In this document: one piece after another, positions 14,937 to 21,802 of the stretch
Layout: each line of letters begins with the position of its first letter
How positions within the stretch are numbered: position 1 is the first letter of the stretch
NCBI GenBank assembly: GCA_030840805.1
Contig: JAVEDU010000021.1
Span: forward strand, 13,699-37,698
Length of the DNA: 24,000 bases
DNA from: Actinomycetota bacterium
GTDB lineage: Bacteria; Actinomycetota; Actinomycetes; Mycobacteriales; HKI-0501
Direction of reading: 5' to 3'
The notes under the pieces: generated by a model
What the model saw: the letters and a program-made list of their open reading frames with translations, nothing else
What the model was told of the DNA's origin: nothing
The model's database searches: none
Position numbers and translations under genes: made by a program

Positions 14937-17618
14937 ATGGCGGGACGTGGGCAGTTGCGCGTCTACCTCGGTGCCGCGGCCGGCGTCGGGAAGACCTACC
15001 GGATGCTCGAAGAGGGCCACCGTCGGCGGGACCGCGGCACCGACGTGGCCGTCGGTTTCGTCGAATGCCACGGACGCCGGTACACCGAGGCGCTCGTCGA
15101 GGGGCTGCCGGTGACACCCCGGCGGACGATCAGCTACCGGGGGGCGTCGTTCACCGAGATGGACCTCGACGCGGTGCTTTCCCGCCGCCCCCAGGTCGCG
15201 CTGGTCGACGAGCTTGCGCACACCAACGTGCCCGGCTCGTCGCACGCCAAGCGCTGGCAGGACATCCAGGCGCTCCTGGATGCCGGTATCACCGTGATCA
15301 CGACCGTCAACATCCAGCACCTGGAGTCCCTCAACGACGTCGTCGCGCAGATCACCGGGTTGCCGCAGCGGGAGACCGTCCCGGACAGTGTGGTGCGCCA
15401 GGCCGATCAGATCGAGCTGGTCGACATGACGCCCGAGGCGCTGCGCCGGCGCATGGTGCACGGCAACATCTACGGCCCGGAGAAGGTCGTCGCCGCCTTG
15501 GGGCACTACTTCCGGGTCGGCAACCTCACCGCGCTACGCGAGCTGGCCCTGCTGTGGGTGGCCGACAAGGTGGACGAGGAACTCGACCGCTACCGCGCCG
15601 AGCATCACATCACCCGCACCTGGGAGACCAGGGAACGCGTCGTCGTCGCACTGACCGGCGGCTCTGAGGGTGAGACCCTCATCCGCCGGGCTGCGCGGAT
15701 CGCCGCCCGGACCAAGGGCGCGGATCTGCTGGCCGTGCACGTGGCCCGCAACGACGGGCTCGCCGGCGCCGACCCGGCGCACCTGGCCCGGCAGCGGGCC
15801 CTGCTGGAAAGCCTCGGCGGCACCTACCACCAGGTCATCGGTGGCGATGTTCCCACCGCGCTGCTGGACTTCGCCCGTGGCGTCAACGCCACCCAGCTCG
15901 TTCTCGGCGCCAGCCGCCGCGGGCGGGCCGCGCAGATCTTCGCACCGGGCGTCGGGGTCACGACCACCGCCGGGTCCGGCTCGATCGACGTGCACCTCGT
16001 CACCCACGAACAGGTCAATCGGGGCCGGCGGGCCGTCACGTTGACCCGCGGGCTGACCCGCGCCCGTCGGATCGCCGGGTTCGCCGTCACCGCTCTCGGT
16101 CTGCCTCTGCTCACCGTCGTCCTCACGCAGTTCCGGGGCGCGTTGACGCTGCCCAGCGACTTCCTGCTGTACCTCGGCGCCGTCGTGGCTGTTGCGCTGG
16201 TCGGCGGCCTGTACCCGGCGCTGGCCGCCGCGCTCGCCGGGTTCGCGTTGCTCAATTGGTACTTCGTCCCGCCCTTCCACCAGTGGACCATCGTCGACCG
16301 GGAGAACATCCTCGCCCTGGTCGTGTTCCTGGCCGTCGCCACCGCCGTCAGCACGGTCGTCGATCTGTCCGCACGGCGCACCAGCGAGGCCGCCCGTGCT
16401 CGCGCACAGGCCGAAACCCTGTCCACGCTGGCGGGCAGCGTGCTGCGCGGTAGCCGCCCGCTGCCGGCACTGCTCGACCAGGTCCGGGAAACCTTCGGGC
16501 TCACCGGTGTCACGCTGCTCGAACGCCGACCCGACACCCCGTCCGGCCCGGACCTGCAGCACGACCCGGCGGCCTGGCGGGTCGCCGCCGCGGTGGGCGA
16601 ACAGCCCTGCCTCACGCCCGCCGAGGGTGACGCCGACGTGCCTGTGGACGACGACCTCCGCCTCGTCCTCCACGGACACCCACTGCCCGCAGCGGACCGG
16701 CGGGTGATCGAGGCGTGTGCCGCCCAGGCGGCCGTCGCGCTGCGCCAGGAACGCCTGGAAGAGCGCGCCGCCGCCGTGGGCCCGCTCGCCGAGGTCGACC
16801 GGCTGCGCACCGCCCTGCTCAGGTCGGTCAGCCATGACCTGCGCAGCCCGCTGGCCTCGGCCAAGGCCGCCGTCGACAGCCTCCGCGGCGACATCGAGTT
16901 CAGCGACGAAGACCGGCGGGAACTGCTCGACACCGCCGAGGACTCGCTGGCCCGGCTCGGCCGCCTGGTGGAGAACCTGCTCGACATGAGCAGGCTGCAG
17001 GCCGGCGCACTGGCCATGGCCCCGCAGCTGATCAGCCTCGCCGAAGCCGTCCCGCGAGCCGTGGACGACCTCGGTGAGGCCGGCCGGAACGTCCGCATCC
17101 AGATCTCCGACGACCTCCCCGACATCAACGCCGACCCCGCACTGCTCGAACGCGCTCTGGCCAACCTGCTGACCAACGCCCTGCGCTACAGCGCACCCGG
17201 CGAACCACCGTTGATCACCGCGAGCGAACACCTCGATCGCGTCGAGGTCCGCGTCGTCGACCGCGGTCCGGGCGTGCCCGCCACCGAGTGGGACCGCATC
17301 TTCTTGCCCTTCCAACGCCTCGGCGACTGCGACAACGCCACCGGCGTCGGTCTCGGCCTCGCCCTTGCCCGCGGCCTGATCGAAGCCATGGGCGGCACCC
17401 TCACGCCCGAGGCCACCCCCGGCGGCGGGCTGACCATGGCGATCGGCCTGCCCGTCGCCGAACCCACCGACGCCGGACTCGACCAGGCCGCCGACCCCGC
17501 CATCCTGAATCGCCTCGACCACTGGCGGATCGGCCCGAACAGGCAGGACGAACCGGAGGGGCAGGGTGCGCAGGCGGACGTCCGCATCGAGCCGACACCC
17601 GGCGGGGCGACCTCATGA
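14937..17618 (+). CDS. kdpD: Sensor histidine kinase KdpD (N-terminal KdpD/Usp domains, 4 TM, GAF-like, HisKA/HATPase)
   Basis: 893 aa. Begins GQLRVYLGAAAGVGKTY (KdpD P-loop), then ..VDELAHTN.. and ..TTVNIQHLESLND... H-box SVSHDLRSPL, N-box LLTNALRYS, G-boxes DRGPGV and GVGLGLA. GGAAGGAGG at 14921-14929. Confidence 0.95.
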   Translation: MAGRGQLRVYLGAAAGVGKTYRMLEEGHRRRDRGTDVAVGFVECHGRRYTEALVEGLPVTPRRTISYRGASFTEMDLDAVLSRRPQVALVDELAHTNVPGSSHAKRWQDIQALLDAGITVITTVNIQHLESLNDVVAQITGLPQRETVPDSVVRQADQIELVDMTPEALRRRMVHGNIYGPEKVVAALGHYFRVGNLTALRELALLWVADKVDEELDRYRAEHHITRTWETRERVVVALTGGSEGETLIRRAARIAARTKGADLLAVHVARNDGLAGADPAHLARQRALLESLGGTYHQVIGGDVPTALLDFARGVNATQLVLGASRRGRAAQIFAPGVGVTTTAGSGSIDVHLVTHEQVNRGRRAVTLTRGLTRARRIAGFAVTALGLPLLTVVLTQFRGALTLPSDFLLYLGAVVAVALVGGLYPALAAALAGFALLNWYFVPPFHQWTIVDRENILALVVFLAVATAVSTVVDLSARRTSEAARARAQAETLSTLAGSVLRGSRPLPALLDQVRETFGLTGVTLLERRPDTPSGPDLQHDPAAWRVAAAVGEQPCLTPAEGDADVPVDDDLRLVLHGHPLPAADRRVIEACAAQAAVALRQERLEERAAAVGPLAEVDRLRTALLRSVSHDLRSPLASAKAAVDSLRGDIEFSDEDRRELLDTAEDSLARLGRLVENLLDMSRLQAGALAMAPQLISLAEAVPRAVDDLGEAGRNVRIQISDDLPDINADPALLERALANLLTNALRYSAPGEPPLITASEHLDRVEVRVVDRGPGVPATEWDRIFLPFQRLGDCDNATGVGLGLALARGLIEAMGGTLTPEATPGGGLTMAIGLPVAEPTDAGLDQAADPAILNRLDHWRIGPNRQDEPEGQGAQADVRIEPTPGGATS

Positions 17619-18292
17619 CCCGGGTGCTCATCGTCGACGACGAACCACAGATCCTCCGCACCCTTCAGATCAACCTGCACGCCCGCCGGTACGAGGTCAT
17701 CACCGCCGCCGACGGCGCCCAGGCGCTGCACGCCGCGGCGACCCGCCACCCCGACCTGGTCGTGCTCGATCTGGGCCTCCCCGACCTCGATGGCGTCGAG
17801 GTCGTCCGCAAGCTGCGCTCCTGGACCCCGGTCCCGATCGTGATCCTCTCCGGACGCAGCGACAGCGCCGGAAAGGTCGCCGCCCTCGATGCCGGCGCCG
17901 ACGACTACGTCACCAAACCCTTCGGTATCGACGAACTCTTTGCCCGGATCCGTGCCGTCACCCGCCGGTTGGCAAGCACCGACCCACCCCCGCGAGCCCG
18001 CATCGGCCGCCACACCGTCGACGCCGCCAACCGGCTGGTCCATGCGGACGACGGCACCACCGTTCACCTCACCCCGATGGAATGGCAGCTCCTCGACGTC
18101 CTGATCCGCAACCCCGGCAAACTCGTCAGCCAGCGCCAGCTCCTCCAGGAGGTCTGGGGACCCGCGTACCGCACCGAGACGGACTATCTCCGCCAGTACC
18201 TGAAGCACCTGCGCCGCAAGCTCGAGGACGATCCCAGCCGCCCGCGCCACCTGCTCACCGAACCTGGCATGGGCTACCGGTTCCAGCCCTGA
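17615..18292 (+). CDS. kdpE: OmpR-family response regulator KdpE
   Basis: 225 aa. Receiver domain (RVLIVDDEPQI..DLVVLDLGLPDLDG..DDYVTKPF) and winged-helix output (LTPMEWQLLDVL..GYRF). The ATG at 17615 overlaps the kdpD stop (ATGA). Confidence 0.95.
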   Translation: MTRVLIVDDEPQILRTLQINLHARRYEVITAADGAQALHAAATRHPDLVVLDLGLPDLDGVEVVRKLRSWTPVPIVILSGRSDSAGKVAALDAGADDYVTKPFGIDELFARIRAVTRRLASTDPPPRARIGRHTVDAANRLVHADDGTTVHLTPMEWQLLDVLIRNPGKLVSQRQLLQEVWGPAYRTETDYLRQYLKHLRRKLEDDPSRPRHLLTEPGMGYRFQP

Positions 18293-18301
18293 CGGGACGG
18301 C

Positions 18302-18469
18302 TACTGCGGTCCCTCCGCCAGCGGGTCGAGCCCGAGGACCAGGACGAAGCCGAGCGTCCGGAGGTGCTGGCCGTCGACGTCGCGGCCGACGTGGAGCGAC
18401 ACGACCCAGTCCACCGGCACCGCGACCTTGCGCTGCCGGGTCGGCTGGGAAGATCGCAGGATGCGCACG
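18302..18469 (-). CDS. Orphan 55-codon ORF or 3' gene remnant between kdpE and smpB (..[43 protein letters not shown])
   Basis: About 52 of 55 third positions are G/C, far above background, in a stretch that is intergenic on the plus strand. The only start is a GTG at 18467-18469, which overlaps the smpB start by 9 nt. The stop is TAG at 18302-18304, 9 nt from the kdpE stop. Not in the ORF track (<60 aa). Confidence 0.3.
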
Positions 18470-18931
18470 CCCGAGCCCGAGCAGGTGGTGGCCCGAAACC
18501 GGAAGGCCCGCCACGACTACCACCTCGAAGGTTCGTGGGAGGCCGGGATCGTGCTGGTCGGCACCGAGGTGAAGTCGCTCCGTGCCGGTCGTGCTTCGCT
18601 GGTCGACGGTTTCGTCGACATCGACGGTGGCGAGGCGTGGATGCTCGCGGTGCACATCCCGTCGTACGCCCAGGGGACGTGGACCAACCACGCGAGCCGG
18701 CGCAAGCGCAAGCTGCTGCTGCACCGCTCGGAGATCGAGAAGCTCGAGCGTCGCGTTCGCGAGAGCGGACTGACGATCGTCCCGTTGAGCCTGTACTTCC
18801 GCGGGGGGCGGGCGAAGGTGGAGATCGCCCTTGCCCGCGGGAAGAAGACGTGGGACAAGAGGCAGGCGCTCGCCGAAAGGCAGGCGACCCGCGAGGCCGA
18901 GCAAGCGGTCGGTCGTCGCCTCAGGGCATGA
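18461..18931 (+). CDS. smpB: SsrA-binding protein SmpB
   Basis: The 156-aa product aligns by eye with mycobacterial SmpB (..[32 protein letters not shown]...HIP.Y..G.WTNH..RR.RKLLLHR.EI..L......[24 protein letters not shown]). Start taken at ATG 18461 rather than the track start at 18428. Confidence 0.93.
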   Translation: MRTPEPEQVVARNRKARHDYHLEGSWEAGIVLVGTEVKSLRAGRASLVDGFVDIDGGEAWMLAVHIPSYAQGTWTNHASRRKRKLLLHRSEIEKLERRVRESGLTIVPLSLYFRGGRAKVEIALARGKKTWDKRQALAERQATREAEQAVGRRLRA

Positions 18932-19007
18932 CCGACTGACCCGAGAGCGCACGCTCGCCCTCGATGAGTGACGGGTGCCGGGAGCAGGGATGGAGGGCGG
19001 TGGCGGC

Positions 19008-20068
19008 CTACGGCGGGGCCCTGCTACCTCGCCACAGGACCTCGAGGTCGTGACCTCGACCCGTGCGCAGCCCCGGAGCCGGAGCCTCCGTGCCCCGGTA
19101 CGCGCATGTTCGCCCCGGTCGGCGGGCCCGCAGACCCACCCCACCTTCCAGCCGGTCCCCGAGAAGGCCTTCGGCCGAGGCGCCGTCCGGGGACACCGCG
19201 GGCTCGGTCAAGCCGAAGCCTGGCTCGGCGGCGAGGATGACCGGCGTGCCGCCGGCGAAGGACCGCGCCACCAGGGTGGAACCGCCCCCTCACCTGAGGT
19301 GCTCATCGTTCTGGACCACCTCGGCGGACGCTATCCGCACCGTCACCTCGGCCGACTCGGAATCCTCACCGGCCGCGGCCGCGGTCACGGCCGCGACCGT
19401 GTAGGCGTACTCCGCATCGGACACGAGTCCCCGGTCCACGCACACCGCACCGTTGCCGATGCTCGTCCGGACCCCGTACCCGGGCATGTCGGTGGTCCAG
19501 TCGTCGGTCCCGGGCGCGGTGTCGGACGGGACCGTCACGCTGACCGTGCGGCCCGACGGATCCGTGCCGTCGAGGGTGACCGCACCGCCGCCCGGCCTGA
19601 CCACCTTGTGGCCGCTGCGCCGGGCGTCGACGTTCCGGTGTACTCGCCTCACGACAGGTGCCGCAGCTCGACGGCCATCGCCGTCACCGCGCCCCGCCCG
19701 GGGTCGGCGGTGGGCCGTGTGACGGTGCCGACCGCGGAGCGGGCGCCCGGTCCGCCCACGCCCACAGCGATCGCCGAATACTCGGCGGTGGCCCCCGCAG
19801 CCAGCCCTGCGTCGACCGCGATCGACGTGGCGGTGCGCACCAGCGTCCAATCGGTCGCGCCGGGCGCGCGGCGGTACAGCTCGTAGCTCGTCGCGGTGGC
19901 GGGACCGGACCACCGGAGCCCGGCGCCACCTTGGGTCGGGAAGAAGGCCGGCGCGGACGGCGTCGCCGGCGGCTCGACGCCCTGCCCGCTCAGGCCGATC
20001 CCACGCCAGCCACGCGGGTGGCCCGGCAGGGGAACCTCCACGCGGGTGGTGCGCAAGGCGGTGTGCTG
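19008..20068 (-). pseudogene. Degraded gene for a secreted multi-domain protein (two FN3/Ig-like modules followed by a PD40/beta-propeller-like segment), N-terminally truncated
   Basis: High third-position G/C in frame X from 20068 to ~19650 (..PSAPAFFPTQGGAGLRWSGPATATSYELYRRAPGATDWTLVRTATSIAVDAGLAAGATAEYSAIAV..). It then moves to frame Y (..VTLDGTDPSGRTVSVTVPSDT..AEYAYTVAAVTAAAAGEDSESAEVTV..). Frame Y has an in-frame TGA at 19290-19292 and continues as ..GGTPVILAAEPGFGLTEPAVSPDGASAEGLL... No N-terminus or signal peptide is present. Confidence 0.45.
19042..19059. terminator. Short palindrome/hairpin TCGAGGTC-GT-GACCTCGA between smpB and the minus-strand remnant
   Basis: Inverted repeat seen directly in the sequence. 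There is no U-tract, so a terminator role is only a guess. Confidence 0.2.
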
Positions 20069-20073
20069 TAGCG

Positions 20074-20495
20074 GTGGGCCCGGTGGTGCGGCGCATCGGC
20101 GCGGGCACCGTGACGGCGGCGGGTTCGCTGGCGCTGGCAGGAAGTGACGCCTGGTTGGCCGGCACGGTCGACGGAGGGTCGGGCTACGCGACGTCGTTGC
20201 TGCCTGCCGGGCTGCTCTCCGGTATCGGGATCGGTGTCGCCCTCCCGGCCCTGATGGGCGCGGGCACGGCGGCGGCCCTCCCGGCACCGTGGCTCTCGAC
20301 GGGCGCAGCGGTGCTCACCATGGTGCGTCAGATCGGGTTCGTGGTGGGGTGTCGGTCCTCGTCGGCGTGCTCGGCGGCCCCCTCGACGGCTGCCGCGGTC
20401 CGCGGCGCGTTCCAGCGTGGGGCTGGATGCTGACGGCCGCGGAGGCCGTGGCGCCTCTCCCCGGCCTCCGCGGTCGCGCTCACCTCGTCGGATAG
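20074..20495 (+). pseudogene. C-terminal fragment (last ~3-4 TM helices) of an MFS/DHA2-type transporter, with frameshifts
   Basis: ..LLPAGLLSGIGIGVALPALMGAGTAAALPAPWLSTGAAVLTMVRQIGFVVG then, after a frame change, VSVLVGVLGG.. This resembles the TM13-14 region of 14-TM drug-efflux MFS proteins. The ~400 N-terminal residues are absent. Frame changes coincide with a G-run (20346-20349) and a C-run (20388-20392). Confidence 0.5.
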
Positions 20496-20684
20496 CGACC
20501 GGTCACGTCGCGCGGGGTACCGGTGTCGGACACGTGATCCAGCTATGGCGTCCGTCGGTGACGGCTGGTGCCCTGAGGTACACGCCGCTGCGGTATCCGA
20601 CGTGCCGGCCAGCCCTCCCACAGGTGTGCACGGATGCGGGGCGCTCCAGAAGACCGATCACGGCGTACGAAAAGGGGAGAGCCA

Positions 20685-21317
20685 ATGTTCGGCCGCATCG
20701 TGGACGATACAGGATCCCTCGACATGTTCCGGAGGACGTTCGGGCCCCTGTCGGGCAGCACCGTCAGCGACGAGTACTTCTCCCGGTCGCGAGTTCGCGC
20801 CTTCTTCGATCGCGCCGGCGACACGGTCGGCGGTTACATCGTCAACGGGACACCACCGTTCCGACACCTCGCCTACATCCCGGACGACCAGCGGCACGGT
20901 CTGCCCCTGGACCGGGCCCAGAGGATCGCCGAGGTGACCTGCATCTGGATGGTCCCGCACGGACGTGGCCCGCTGCTGCGGTACCGGATCTACGGCCGGG
21001 TCGTCCTGGACGCGGTGCGGTCCCGCTGCGTCCTCTTCCTCGGCGGGACGACGACCCCGAAGGTGCGGCAGGTCCAGCAGCAACTCATGCGGCACGACCT
21101 TTGGCACGGCGTCGACGTCCACTCACGAGAGCGGTGGGTGTACTACGCGTTGCGCCGCGAAATGGCAGCGGTCTTTCTCGCGGAACTGACAAAGACGGCG
21201 ATCTCGGTACTCCTCGGTCGTCGACGGCGCCGGACCGGCCCACGCCGGCACGGCGCCGCCGCGCCCGTACCGGTGAAGGACGCCGGAGCTCGGACAACCC
21301 CGTCCGGGAGGCACTGA
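20685..21317 (+). CDS. Hypothetical 210-aa protein of unassigned family, first gene of the mutase cassette; Arg-rich disordered C-terminal tail
   Basis: ATG at 20685 with AAAGGGGAGAG at 20671-20681. Good codon bias. The TGA at 21315-21317 overlaps the next ATG (TGATG). A globular ~175-aa part (..FFDRAGDTVGGYIVNG..IAEVTCIWMVPHGRGPLLRYRIYGRVVLDAV..LFLGGTTTPKVRQVQQQLM..WVYYAL) is followed by GRRRRRTGPRRHG... It shows only a weak, unverified resemblance to GNAT-like acyltransferases. Confidence 0.7.
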   Translation: MFGRIVDDTGSLDMFRRTFGPLSGSTVSDEYFSRSRVRAFFDRAGDTVGGYIVNGTPPFRHLAYIPDDQRHGLPLDRAQRIAEVTCIWMVPHGRGPLLRYRIYGRVVLDAVRSRCVLFLGGTTTPKVRQVQQQLMRHDLWHGVDVHSRERWVYYALRREMAAVFLAELTKTAISVLLGRRRRRTGPRRHGAAAPVPVKDAGARTTPSGRH

Positions 21318-21802
21318 TGACGATCATCGCGGAGCCGTCGCTCCCCACCGCCACCGTCAGCCGTCCGGGTCGCCGCCTGCGGATCATCGTGAACAGTGTC
21401 GCCTCCGACTCGCACACCTGGAACCTGGTGTATCTCCCGCTCCTCATGGAGGGGATGGGGCACCGGGTGCGCAACCTCGGGGCGTGCGTGCCCGACGAGC
21501 TCCTGGTGGCGGAGTGCCGACGGCAGCGTCCCGACCTCGTGGTCGTGAGCAGTGTCAACGGACACGGCCACGTCCAGGGGACGCGCCTCATCCGGCAACT
21601 GTGCGCGTGCGACGAGCTCCGCGGCGTCCCGGTGGTGATCGGCGGCAAGCTCGGCGTCGCCGGCCTCGGCGGCGACCACTACGCGGATGGCCTGATGGCG
21701 GCCGGGTTCGCCGCGGTCTTCGCCGGCGACGCCGACGCTGATGTCGACGACTTCAGCGCCGATGTGCGGTCACTGTCGGTACAGATGGCCGTCGGGTGGT
21801 GA
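21317..21802 (+). CDS. Cobalamin-binding small subunit of a glutamate mutase-like enzyme (MutS/GlmS-type sigma subunit), with atypical DxHxxN motif
   Basis: The 161-aa product aligns by eye with Clostridium MutS: IIVNSVASDSHTWN vs IVLGVIGSDCHAVG; LVVVSSVNGHG vs ILVSSLYGQG; VVIGGKLGV vs LYVGGNIVV. It has a ~20-aa N-terminal extension. Confidence 0.85.
   Translation: MTIIAEPSLPTATVSRPGRRLRIIVNSVASDSHTWNLVYLPLLMEGMGHRVRNLGACVPDELLVAECRRQRPDLVVVSSVNGHGHVQGTRLIRQLCACDELRGVPVVIGGKLGVAGLGGDHYADGLMAAGFAAVFAGDADADVDDFSADVRSLSVQMAVGW

Noticed and set aside
10118-19144. Very long minus-strand ORFs in the track (10118..11698, 11742..12587, 12829..13907, 14142..15506, 15534..17522, 15824..17176, 17186..19144)
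   Set aside because: They run antisense to kdpA/B/C/D/E and smpB, whose identities are unambiguous. Their products are Arg/Gly/Pro-rich low-complexity strings. These are the stop-free shadow frames expected opposite genes in very GC-rich DNA.
19290-19292. In-frame TGA codons (19290, 7194, 9325) as programmed recoding or selenocysteine
   Set aside because: TGA is the stop most easily created by mutation in GC-rich DNA. I see no SECIS-like hairpin immediately downstream. The same loci also show truncations or frameshifts. Pseudogenisation or sequencing error is the simpler reading.
18932-19400. tmRNA (ssrA) expected downstream of smpB
   Set aside because: Neither strand shows a tRNA-like acceptor/T-arm pair (GGGG.TGA 5' end, GGTTCGA.TCC near a 3' CCA) or a tag-peptide ORF. 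The region instead carries coding-like remnant sequence. This needs covariance-model confirmation.
20496-20684. Cobalamin riboswitch upstream of the B12-dependent mutase cassette
   Set aside because: I could not find a B12-box-like core (..GCCACTG..) or the conserved AGGGAA / GGTGAAA-type elements. In addition, B12 riboswitches normally control B12 supply or B12-independent isozymes rather than B12-dependent enzymes.
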